Below, piece after piece: positions 9,011 through 18,900 of a stretch of DNA of 32,000 nucleotides; the stretch's first letter is position 1, and every line of letters begins with the position of its first letter. The position numbers were made by a program, and so were the translations under genes. The notes beneath the pieces were generated by a model, which was not told the origin of the DNA, ran no database searches, and was given only the letters and a program-made list of their open reading frames with translations. The DNA comes from Synechococcus sp. A15-24 (lineage in GTDB: Bacteria > Cyanobacteriota > Cyanobacteriia > PCC-6307 > Cyanobiaceae): assembly GCF_014280195.1 (NCBI RefSeq), contig NZ_CP047960.1, positions 1,710,001-1,742,000 on the forward strand, read 5' to 3'.

Positions 9011-10381
9011 ATGATGAATAAAAATAGCCTAGGTGTGAAAGCAGCTCAAGCGGGGGATTTGGCGAAGGCAGAATTTTTATTTAAACAGGCCTACGAGGAA
9101 GATCGATCCAATCAAGGAATATTTCAAAACATAATACGCGTCATGCAAATGAGGGGAGACATAGACGGACTAATTGACTACTACGAACAAAAGCATAGAA
9201 GTTACAGCCGGGACAATGCAACCATGAATATTGTGATGCAAATCTCGGAGATAGCACTACGAACAGGGCGGCAAAAAAGAGCAAGGAAGATCCTTACAGA
9301 TCGCGCCAATCAAGGAGACTACAGCGCGGCAATCATCGTACCCTTAAGCGAACTACTATTTGAAAACAACGAACTCGAGCAAGCGAAAATTATACTTATC
9401 AAAGCGATAGAAATAAACAGGGAAGACCCTTCACTTTTAACAAATCTCGCGGTCATCGAGACAGAACTAGGCAATTACCAAATAGCAGATAAACTCTACA
9501 GAAAAGTGACCCAAAAAAGACCAAATGAATTTCTAGGCTATTACAACTATAGTAAGTTCAAGCTAGCCATAGGCAACCCAGACGAAGCCAATATTTTACT
9601 AAAAAAAGCAAATTGCATCGTACAAGACACAGAGGAATCAAAAGAATTACAGAAGCTGATCAATGAATACAAAGGCAATCTTGAGTCAGAACTAGCAGAA
9701 GTGTACGCGTATATCGAAAGCAAATCGTGGGAAGCAGCATACAAAAAACTCGAAGCATGTGGAGAAATGAAGTACACAAAGAAATGGTTGGCGGCAGCGT
9801 GTGAATTGCCAGAAAACCGCCAAAGAATGCTTCAAGTGAACAACATATGCGATCCAGAGGTCGTCGTAAAATGCCATCAACTGCTGCAAGCAAATGAAAT
9901 ATTGATACAGGATCTGATTGCAGCCATCAGAGAGGAATCATCCCTGGCCTGGAATCGCGCAGACAAGCCAACAACGGGCGGGTATCAAACATACGAACTT
10001 CTAAAGGACTCAAAGAAAAAGTCAATCATCCAATTAAAGAAAGAAATAGTAAAAGTTATTGCTGAATCAGGAAATGAGGTGATTCACCAACAACTGGAGA
10101 ACAGCCTAAGTGGGTGGGGTGTCATTCTTAAGCGTGGAGGCTATCAGAAAAAACATACGCACACTGACGCCGAACTCAGCGGGGTTATTTATCTTCAAAC
10201 AACGGAAGAATCCAACGGAGAGGGATGCCTCATGTTCTCAGGGCATAAAAAGAAGATCGTTAAACCACAACCAGGAATGTTGGTTGTTTTCCCAAGCCAT
10301 TTGCCGCACGAAACGATCCCTTATAACGAAGACTATGAAAGAATTTGCATCGCGTTCAACGCAACGGGCAAGCTCTCATAA
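9011..10381 (+). CDS. TPR-repeat protein fused to a 2OG-Fe(II) oxygenase-like domain (TIGR02466 / 2OG-FeII_Oxy_5-like)
   Basis: The N-terminal roughly 230 aa is helical-repeat sequence (AGDLAKAEFLFKQAYEEDRSNQG..., NLAVIETELGNYQIADKLYRKV). The C-terminus reads GGYQKKHTHTDAELSGVIYLQ....GMLVVFPSHLPHETIPY.....RICIAFNA. That gives the H-x-H/D...H facial-triad layout and the FPS.L.H / R.S..FN signature of that family. Confidence 0.65.
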   Translation: MMNKNSLGVKAAQAGDLAKAEFLFKQAYEEDRSNQGIFQNIIRVMQMRGDIDGLIDYYEQKHRSYSRDNATMNIVMQISEIALRTGRQKRARKILTDRANQGDYSAAIIVPLSELLFENNELEQAKIILIKAIEINREDPSLLTNLAVIETELGNYQIADKLYRKVTQKRPNEFLGYYNYSKFKLAIGNPDEANILLKKANCIVQDTEESKELQKLINEYKGNLESELAEVYAYIESKSWEAAYKKLEACGEMKYTKKWLAAACELPENRQRMLQVNNICDPEVVVKCHQLLQANEILIQDLIAAIREESSLAWNRADKPTTGGYQTYELLKDSKKKSIIQLKKEIVKVIAESGNEVIHQQLENSLSGWGVILKRGGYQKKHTHTDAELSGVIYLQTTEESNGEGCLMFSGHKKKIVKPQPGMLVVFPSHLPHETIPYNEDYERICIAFNATGKLS

Positions 10382-10408
10382 AGAAACTTGCCCGATGTAG
10401 AGCGTAAA

Positions 10409-11302
10409 TCAGAGTTTGTTGAACAGCATCAAATCATTGATATCGTCACGAATTTGATTGAGAGCTCCAAGACCAGTAATCAATTGAGATACAGAGGAGC
10501 CGCGAGCACCTGCAAGAGTCATTTTGTGATCAGCCACAAACGTAGCAGTAAACCGCTCTTCAGAAGGCTTAATCATATCTATCAAATCAGATCCACTGGT
10601 TAGGGCTGCCAAGAAACCAGGATCCGAAAAAACAGTCTCTCGATCGAGTGCCGTTGCAAAAGCAATTTCAAAGCAGGCATGGTAGTCCTTGCCAGGCTTT
10701 TCGACATGCTCTACACCTTGAGCGTCAGGGCGGGAAAGATCAATTTCGTCAAATAAATGATAACGCAACTTAGAAACCTCCTTCAAAGAGGAAAGCGAGG
10801 CCATCAATTGATCTGAAATGTAGGTACGGAATTGATCTACAGATGCAGAATCAGCCTTGCGAACCATAACGTGGTAACGAAGCTCTGAGATCGAACCATT
10901 CGGATACGGCTCCGAAAGATTATCAATCAAGGTAACCGTATTACCCAATGATGTCGTGTAACCAATTGCTTTGCTGAAAATATTATGCTCATCGTCCATT
11001 AATATCGTGGAGGCTTGGAACCAAGTCGCACGATCTTCTACTGAGGAGAATGTCAGTTCAGCAACCCCCATAAATTGATCTTCATAGAGTGTGTTGACAG
11101 GGCAACCATCGACGACAGGAAACAGCCCACCCTCATATGGTGAGAGGTGGAATTGCCAATATTCCATTTGGCCAGGCAACCGAGCGCAGACCGGCCCATG
11201 AACATCACGCCAATAGTCGTCAAACTGAGCAAGGGTAATGCCGTCACGCTTCCAAAGCGGAACATAAAAAACGACCTCGGGCGAACGCGGCGTGGATGGC
11301 AT
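10409..11302 (-). CDS. tandem EthD-domain protein (dimeric alpha/beta-barrel superfamily)
   Basis: There are two EthD-like halves. The first is VVFYVPLWKRDGITLAQFDDYWRDVHGPVCARLPG....GVAELTFSSVEDRATWF. The second is LRYHVMVRKADSASVDQFRTYISDQL......ACFEIAFATALDRETVF. The ORF-track start at 11308 is TTG; I use the ATG at 11302. Confidence 0.55.
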   Translation of the reverse strand: MPSTPRSPEVVFYVPLWKRDGITLAQFDDYWRDVHGPVCARLPGQMEYWQFHLSPYEGGLFPVVDGCPVNTLYEDQFMGVAELTFSSVEDRATWFQASTILMDDEHNIFSKAIGYTTSLGNTVTLIDNLSEPYPNGSISELRYHVMVRKADSASVDQFRTYISDQLMASLSSLKEVSKLRYHLFDEIDLSRPDAQGVEHVEKPGKDYHACFEIAFATALDRETVFSDPGFLAALTSGSDLIDMIKPSEERFTATFVADHKMTLAGARGSSVSQLITGLGALNQIRDDINDLMLFNKL

Positions 11303-11512
11303 GTGCAAGAAGAATCTTCTGAAAGTTTAGCTGCAACACACTAGGCAGGCAAAAAGTGGTGCAGGATCAATACAGAAGAATGATGCATCTACGTAGTCAA
11401 CAGATAACGACACACCAAGGCCGTCTAGGGTGTAAAGAGAAGCTGACAAAAGGATTAAGCAGTTGCCACGCAAAACGGTCAGAACTAGGATTGGTGGAGC
11501 ATCTAACTTAAA

Positions 11513-12247
11513 ATGCAGTTTTACAGTGTTGATAAGGAAGAATCACCATCTGCCCTAGGCCATTACCTGCAAGGCATTCAACATTTTGGAATAACCACTC
11601 CCGACCTCAAAAAGTCTCTGACCTTTTATATCGATATCCTTGGAGGACGATTGGCGGTCGGAGGTGATGGATTTTATGGTGTTGAATTACATAATCTACT
11701 ATTTCAACAGGATGAATTAAAGGCAATACAAAATGACGTTAGCGCTGAGGATTGCGGAATCCCGGACCTAAGAGATGGGAACAAAGACGCTCTGGATGTG
11801 CGCTTTATACAGTTCGGCAACACAACCCTAGAGCTTTTGCATTTCAGGCAAGCCCAACAAGATCAGTGGGCGCCAAACGTATACAAAGCAATATCTACAA
11901 GTGTAGGATTTGCGAATGTATCTCACCTATCGTTTTTCCTGAGATCCGATGTTGATGTAAATGAATTTGCGTTGAAGCTCGAGGCGGAATCGCACAAAAG
12001 AGGGCTGACCGAGGTCAAAGTTCATCGCAAACAACAAGAGACGTCGGGTGAAGCCGGCTCTAAGGAATTTGCGATTGACAAATTTCCTGATTCATTCGAT
12101 GGCTGGTGCTTGATCTATGTGAAAGGACCGAATGGCGAGCAGCTTGAGTTTAACCAAGTGAGATCGATCTGCAAAGACAACTTCAAGGAAGCCCAGCAAC
12201 AGTACAATCGCCTCAACGGTACAGATTACTCGTGGCCGCAGGGATAA
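11513..12247 (+). CDS. VOC-family protein (glyoxalase/bleomycin-resistance/extradiol-dioxygenase fold)
   Basis: The sequence IQHFGITTPDLKKSLTFYIDILGGRL is the canonical VOC first module. A second module lies around FANVSHLSFFLRSDVDVNEFALKLE. Confidence 0.6.
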   Translation: MQFYSVDKEESPSALGHYLQGIQHFGITTPDLKKSLTFYIDILGGRLAVGGDGFYGVELHNLLFQQDELKAIQNDVSAEDCGIPDLRDGNKDALDVRFIQFGNTTLELLHFRQAQQDQWAPNVYKAISTSVGFANVSHLSFFLRSDVDVNEFALKLEAESHKRGLTEVKVHRKQQETSGEAGSKEFAIDKFPDSFDGWCLIYVKGPNGEQLEFNQVRSICKDNFKEAQQQYNRLNGTDYSWPQG

Positions 12248-12284
12248 ATAAAAGCCAAAGCGCTCTATAGGAAATAACAAATTT

Positions 12285-12338
12285 TTATTATAATCAATGT
12301 GGTCGCATTGTTAGGGCATGGCTAGTGTTGATTAGATG
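12285..12338 (+). promoter_or_regulatory. putative promoter and 5' leader element of MCO paralog 1 (duplicated upstream of paralog 2)
   Basis: A TATAAT lies at 12289-12294, within ttattataat. A 19-nt block, ggctagtgttgattagatg, lies at 12320-12338, exactly 30 nt before the start codon. The same layout recurs before paralog 2. Confidence 0.3.
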
Positions 12339-12349
12339 CAACTGATTTC

Positions 12350-15300
12350 ATGAATCTAGCGAATGCCTACATTATTGGTTCGGAAAATCACTCGTCATGG
12401 AGTCAAAATTTCGATCCGGAAGCTTACCTTAAAGTCCTCCCGCAGCACGACAAAAAGCTTGTTTACACAAGCCCCTGGCTTGAATGGCAACAAGGGAACA
12501 AAAACTACAGAGACGGCATCTATTCAGAAGAAGGGCCCAACGGAAGTTATTACTCGAGCTGGGGACCAGAGTCAGACGTCCTGGATGTCGAACTTACGCT
12601 GTCAGACCTCAACGAAATCACGATTCCAGGATTAGGAGTACTAACGCGTAGTACTGCAGACAATGGCACAGCCTACGACGATGGCTTTCAAGCTTACAAC
12701 GGACTCATCCCTGGTCCACTGCTTGTAGTAGATCCGGGAGACACGCTCAAAATTAGGCTTGTCAATGACTTAGAGAACAGAAGCGGGCTTGAACTTGCCG
12801 CTGACACCAATTTGCATACACACGGATTGCATGTAAGTCCACAAGGAGCTGGGGATAACGTTCTAGTTTCACTGTCACCTGGTGAGTCCTGGGAAACTGA
12901 AATCAAAATCCCTGAAAGTCACTTTGTTGGCCCCCAGTGGTACCACCCACATCTTCACGGCGCAACCAATTTACAAGTTTCAAATGGCTTGGCGGGGACC
13001 TTACTTGTCCTGGCATCTGAGGAAGAGGCTGAAGATCTGGACAAATTCAGCCCAGTGGATAATTCCTTCTACTGGATGGCAGTCCAAACTCAATCACTGC
13101 TTCAAGAGGAACGGCCTGCATCGGATACAGATCCTCTTAATCAGGATCCAAATGGGGGAGCCTACAGAATTGGAACGCCACCTATCTATACAGAAATAAA
13201 TGGAATCAAATATTACACCAAATCAGATGCAGCCTACATTGGATATAACTTCAAACCTGATTACTATTCCCCGATAACACCAGGAGGGGATCCATCGGGT
13301 ACTCCATTTGCCTACGGTGGAGGGCTTGCAGGAACCCCAACAGAAAATGTCATTCACACTGTTAATGGACAATACAATCCAACCCTCGATGTTGAGACAG
13401 GGGCCTGGAATGTATTTGGATTTTTAAATGAATCAGTCAATTCCCACTATGTCATTCAATTAATCCGAGAACATCAAGGTGAGTTGTCCCTAGAGGACTT
13501 CCAAGTGATTGCGGTTGACGGTGATGCTGCCGGAGTCGTATCTCAGAGACTGCAATTCGTCACTGAAACCCCTGTAATGGCACCAGGTAATCGAATGACT
13601 GTTCAACAGGCATTCACCGAACCTGGAACCTACTACTTTCTAGCTAACGGTACTGAAGAAATCCTGGGTGATCTCGCACCTGAAGTTGCCAACACGAGCC
13701 TGACCAATGCGTTTGGTGCACCAACACAATTCCAGGGGATCCATGATGGCCATCTGATCTGGGGAGCTCAAGTACTGGCTACGGTAGAGGTATCTGGTGA
13801 TCTATTTGAAGAAAGACCACCAGCGCCGGAGCCAATCGACTATTTACTGGAGGAGGCACAAGAAATTGATACCTGGGTAGCGGAAACCAAAGATGCAATC
13901 GAGCAGGGATCAATTAAGCAGAGAGAATTTGAATGGAATGCAAATTATTCAAGGGTTGCGGGGCCAGGAATAGATGACAACGACCCGTCAACATTTGAAA
14001 ACATGTATTGGATCAATGGCCGATGGTTCGGCCATTCTCCAAGTGAGCAACCTGTGGTTGCCATGCCAATGCTGGGGACCACAGAAGAATGGACTCTTGA
14101 GAACAGCTCACTTGGTTATGGTGCTGTTTGGGGTGAATGGCATCCATTCCACATTCATCAGAACGACTTTGTAGTCACTGAAATCAATGGCATCGATGTC
14201 GAAGATATACCATCATACCCAGCAAACCAACTGGTAGATACAGTTACACTCGCCGGCGCATATATACCTGGTTCAGCCACGGAAACAAATCCATACGGCA
14301 CGCCAGCATATTTCAACCCGATAACAAACAGCACCAATGATATACCACTCAACTTTCAAACAAAGATATTCATGAAATTCGAAGATTATCCCGGAGCCTA
14401 TGTTAATCACTGCCATATTCTATTTCATGAAGATGCAGGAATGATGCAAGCAGTAAAAATCATATTAAACACCGATTCGAATTACATCGGATCAGAAAGA
14501 CAAGATTCAAATCCATCATTCAGGATTGGAACGTCGATGATGGATGATTTTTCCATTCAAGCGTTCGGACCCAGAATCAAAAAGGCAAATATTGCCATCG
14601 GTGATATCAACTATGGCAAGTACTTCAAAAGGGAAAAGCTCGCCGAAACATTTGCAGGGGGGACTGAGGGAGAATCCGACAACATTGCAGACATAGCCAT
14701 CGTCAGCAATCGTGTACAAAGAAATAAAGCAGGATTTGATATCAAGCTATACGACGGAGACTCAGTCAATCAAGCTGTAACGGGATCCTATAAATTAAAG
14801 AAGGATCAAGGTAAATCGGCGGAAACCACACTTGCTGGAGACGAAAACCTACTCACAACAATCAAGGCCTTTGCTAAGAAGAAGTCGAGAACACTGAGGT
14901 CATCGGTTGCAATTGGTGATATCAACGGTGATGGACATGGTGACATCATCATTGGAATTGGAGGTAAGGATACGGAGCCATTGATCGAAATCTACAGCGG
15001 AAAAGATTATGAAAAGCTCGCCAAAATCAAGCCGTTTAGAAAAAACAACTCTAAAACAACGGTTAACATTGCAGCAGGTGATATTAATTCTGACAATTTT
15101 GTAGACATATTGGTCGGCCAAGGGGCAGGTGGAATGGGCATGGTCGAAGTTTACGATGGACGAGCTATAACATCAGTTGTCAAAAATAATGATGGCAGCA
15201 ATATCGATGCAGCAAAGACTCAAGATGTAAATCCATACAAAGGCAAAAAAGTCGCAAAGGTGACGGAGGCATACGCAGATATGTTCCATCCCTATGAAGG

Positions 15301-15769
15301 ATACACAGGTGAAGTTGATGTAGCCGCAGGCTATATTCTGCCAAGACCGAATGCATCAGAAGATAAAGGTCAGATTGTCCAGACAAGCTATGCAAACTTC
15401 ACAACACTTGCAGTTGATATGAAATCAAGCGAGGAAAACCCCTCGATCAGAAGCTTCTTCTATACCGGAGGAAGTGCACACGCCAATAACAGCAACTCCG
15501 CAGACGAAAGTACTGATGACAGTGGTGGATCACTGCCTTCACTCGCTGTATCCCTGAATATTGAGAAAAAAATTAATAGTATTAACAGTACTTACTTCGA
15601 TCTCTCGAACGCCCATGATGATCGAGGGATGAGCGGTCTTATCATCACAACCAAAAAGGGTGAGGAGTTTCTTCACTACATTGAGCCAACAACCGTGCAA
15701 CAAGGAGAGTTCTCCATCATGGACACTGTGGCAATTAATATCACACCAAACCAATCCTTCATAATATAA
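12350..15769 (+). CDS. multicopper oxidase (three cupredoxin-type regions, all four Cu-ligand motifs) fused to a C-terminal FG-GAP/VCBS-like repeat region, paralog 1
   Basis: The copper motifs are HTHGLH (12815-12832), HPHLH (12944-12958), HPFHIH (14141-14158) and HCHILFHEDAGMM (14408-14446). FG-GAP-like blades lie at about 14580-15345 (IAIGDINGDGHGDIIIGIGG, AAGDINSDNFVDILVGQGAGG). There is no N-terminal signal peptide. Confidence 0.85.
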   Translation: MNLANAYIIGSENHSSWSQNFDPEAYLKVLPQHDKKLVYTSPWLEWQQGNKNYRDGIYSEEGPNGSYYSSWGPESDVLDVELTLSDLNEITIPGLGVLTRSTADNGTAYDDGFQAYNGLIPGPLLVVDPGDTLKIRLVNDLENRSGLELAADTNLHTHGLHVSPQGAGDNVLVSLSPGESWETEIKIPESHFVGPQWYHPHLHGATNLQVSNGLAGTLLVLASEEEAEDLDKFSPVDNSFYWMAVQTQSLLQEERPASDTDPLNQDPNGGAYRIGTPPIYTEINGIKYYTKSDAAYIGYNFKPDYYSPITPGGDPSGTPFAYGGGLAGTPTENVIHTVNGQYNPTLDVETGAWNVFGFLNESVNSHYVIQLIREHQGELSLEDFQVIAVDGDAAGVVSQRLQFVTETPVMAPGNRMTVQQAFTEPGTYYFLANGTEEILGDLAPEVANTSLTNAFGAPTQFQGIHDGHLIWGAQVLATVEVSGDLFEERPPAPEPIDYLLEEAQEIDTWVAETKDAIEQGSIKQREFEWNANYSRVAGPGIDDNDPSTFENMYWINGRWFGHSPSEQPVVAMPMLGTTEEWTLENSSLGYGAVWGEWHPFHIHQNDFVVTEINGIDVEDIPSYPANQLVDTVTLAGAYIPGSATETNPYGTPAYFNPITNSTNDIPLNFQTKIFMKFEDYPGAYVNHCHILFHEDAGMMQAVKIILNTDSNYIGSERQDSNPSFRIGTSMMDDFSIQAFGPRIKKANIAIGDINYGKYFKREKLAETFAGGTEGESDNIADIAIVSNRVQRNKAGFDIKLYDGDSVNQAVTGSYKLKKDQGKSAETTLAGDENLLTTIKAFAKKKSRTLRSSVAIGDINGDGHGDIIIGIGGKDTEPLIEIYSGKDYEKLAKIKPFRKNNSKTTVNIAAGDINSDNFVDILVGQGAGGMGMVEVYDGRAITSVVKNNDGSNIDAAKTQDVNPYKGKKVAKVTEAYADMFHPYEGYTGEVDVAAGYILPRPNASEDKGQIVQTSYANFTTLAVDMKSSEENPSIRSFFYTGGSAHANNSNSADESTDDSGGSLPSLAVSLNIEKKINSINSTYFDLSNAHDDRGMSGLIITTKKGEEFLHYIEPTTVQQGEFSIMDTVAINITPNQSFII

Positions 15770-15844
15770 GTTAGAAAATGTCTGGCCAAGTAAAGGAATA
15801 GAATAAAATAAACCTTATTACCCGCAAAGACAAGCTTCAGGTTA

Positions 15845-15898
15845 TTATTATAAATATCTGCAATACATTCTCAAGACTTGGCTAGTGTTAATTAGATG
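15845..15898 (+). promoter_or_regulatory. putative promoter and 5' leader element of MCO paralog 2
   Basis: A TATAAA lies at 15849-15854, within ttattataaa. The block ggctagtgttaattagatg lies at 15880-15898, again 30 nt before the start. It has one mismatch to the paralog-1 copy. Confidence 0.3.
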
Positions 15899-15909
15899 AG
15901 GCTTGCCCC

Positions 15910-18900
15910 GTGACTCTTAATGATGCATACATCATTGGTTCGGAAAATCACTCGTCATGGAGTCAAAATTTCGATCCGAAAGCATACCTTAAAGTCCTCC
16001 CACAACATAACCAAAAGCTTGCCTACACAAGCCCATGGCTTGAATGGCAACAAGGGAACAAAAACTACAGAGACGGCATCTATTCAGAAGAAGGGCCCAA
16101 CGGAAGTTATTACTCGAGCTGGGGACCAGAGTCAGACGTCCTGGATGTCGAACTTACGCTGTCAGAGCTCAACGAAATCACGATTCCAGGATTAGGAGTA
16201 CTAACGCGTAGTACTGAAGACAATGGCACAGCCTATGACGATGGCTTTCAAGCGTACAACGGACTCATCCCTGGCCCACTGCTTGTAGTAGATCCGGGAG
16301 ACACGCTCAAAATTAGGCTTGTCAATGACTTAGAGAACAGAAGCGGGCTTGAACTTGCCGCTGACACCAATTTCCATACACACGGATTGCATGTAAGTCC
16401 ACTAGGTGCAGGCGATAACGTTCTATTTTCGCTATCACCTGGGGATGCATGGGAAACTGAAATAAAAATCCCAGATAACCACTTTGTTGGACCTCAATGG
16501 TATCACCCCCACCTTCACGGAGCAACAAATCTCCAAGTATCAAACGGGCTCGCAGGAACACTTCTAGTATTAGCTTCAGAAGAAGAAGCCGATGATATAG
16601 ACAAATTTAGTCCAGTGGATAATTCTTTCTACTGGATGGCAATTCAAACACAATCTCTGCTTCAGCAAGAGCGACCAGCATCTTCGAATGACCCACTCAA
16701 TCAAGATCCAAACGGTCTCTCATACAGGATAGGAACACCACCTGTATTTACTGAAGTTGACGGCACAAAAGTATTTACAAAATCGGACGCAGCGTACATA
16801 GGTTACAACTTTAAGCCCGATTATTACGACCCTACTCAGCCAACAGGCGACCCATCAGGTACCCCATTTGCGTATGGAGCAGGGATAGCTGGAACACCAA
16901 CAGAAAATATAATTCATACAGTTAATGGCCAGTACAATCCAACCATTGACGTAGAAACTGGTCAATGGAATGTTTTTGGATTCCTAAATCAGTCCGTTAA
17001 CTCTCACTTTGTCATCCAACTTGTACGTGAATACAAAGGTGAGTTATCGCTTGAGGAATTTCAAGTGATCGCCGTTGATGGAGATGCAGCAGGAGTAGTT
17101 TCGCAGGCACTGCAATTTGTTACCGAAACACCAGTGATGGCTCCCGGCAATCGAATGACAGTTCAGCAAGCTTTTACAAAACCAGGTAAATATTATTTTC
17201 TTGCAAACGGAACAGAAGAAATCCTTGGAGAGTTGGCCCCAGAAGTGGCAAATATAGCCCCTATGAATTTATATGAAACTCCGAGTATTGAGTTCAATCC
17301 GGATTTTGTGCCGAGCGATGTTCAAGGTGCTCTCTACGCAGGAGCAGAAACATGGAACGAACTTAGAAGAGAGGTCTTTGAGGGACCTCTTGATCTATCT
17401 GGAATGCATTTCCCTCCAACATGGGATCTACGAGGATACGATCTGACAAATGTAGATCTAGATGACTCCTTCATGGGTTTGGTGAATTTGACTGATGTTG
17501 ACCTAAGAGGATCAAGTCTGAATAATGTCAACCTAATTGGTGCCAACGTAACCAATACAAATCTTTTCGATGTTGATCTAAGCGGCGCTCTTTTACCGGG
17601 TGGCATTGATCAAGCTTCTAACGCTAAATACGATCAAGACACATATCCATACCAAGGAATTCATGATGGCCACCTAATCTGGGGCGCACAAGTTCTCGCA
17701 ACAGTAGAGGTAACTGGTGAATCAATATCAAGCAGACCTGCCCCACCAGAACCAATTCAATACTTGCTTGAAGAATCAGAAAAGATTGACACTTGGGTAA
17801 GTGATACAAAAAATGCAATTGCCAATGATAATATAAAAAGGAGAAACTTTATTTGGGATGCAAACTATAGTCGGCTCCAAGAAGAAAATAGAATTATAGA
17901 TGACAATGATCCGTCAACATTTGAAGACATGTATTGGATTAACGGAAGGTGGTTTGGGCATTCGCCAAGTGAGCAACCTGTAGTTGCGATGCCAATGCTG
18001 GGGACCACTGAAGAATGGACTCTTCAGAATAGTTCCATAGGCTTTGGTGCAGGTGCTGTAGGAGAATGGCACCCATTTCACATTCACCAAAACGATTTTG
18101 TTGTCACAGAAATCAATGGCATAAATGTAGAGGATATACCATCATATCCAGCCAACCAACTTGTCGACACAGTTACACTAGCTAGTTCTTATGTTCAAGA
18201 TTCAGCTACTGCAAATAATCCCTATGGCAGCCCAGCATATTTCAATCCGATCACTGATAGCATAAATGGGATACCTCAGAATTTCGAAACCAAATTATTC
18301 ATGAAGTTCGAAGATTACACTGGAGCATATGTTAATCATTGTCATATTCTCTTTCACGAAGATGCAGGCATGATGCAGGCAGTGAAAGTAATCCTCAACA
18401 CTGACTCGAACTATATTGGCGCTGAAAAGCAAACCGGTAAGCCCACACTCAGGCTAGGATCATCAATGGTGGATACTTTTTCAATCGATAACAGCGATAA
18501 CTTTAGCAAAAAACTAAACATCGCAATTGGCGATATCAATTTTGGCAAGTTCTTTAGCATGGACAAACTCAGTGACACCTTTAAAGGTGGTACCAAGGGG
18601 GAATCTGATAATATCGCAGACATCGCAATTACCGGAGAAAAGATTGCGAGAAATGAAAGTGGTTTTCAAATAAATGTATATGATGGAGACTCAGTAAGTC
18701 AATCGGCGACAGGCTCATATAAATTAAAGAGAGATCAACAAAAGCAGTCCGAAATAGAATTGTCAGGTGAAGATCATCTTCTAGCAACAATCAATTCCTT
18801 TAGCAAAAAGAAGTCCAAATCAATATCCTCGTCACTGGCAGTCGGAGATATAAATGGTGACGGACACGGGGACATAATTATTGGGATTGGTGGGCCCAAA

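Noticed and set aside
12363-12635. An alternate-frame 90-aa ORF inside MCO paralog 1. A conserved counterpart (15920..16195) lies inside paralog 2. This could hint at an overlapping gene.
   Set aside because: The conservation follows from the two copies being nearly identical at the nucleotide level here. The near-identical tract also extends about 200 nt beyond the ORF end. The peptide is basic, low-complexity and has no recognisable family.
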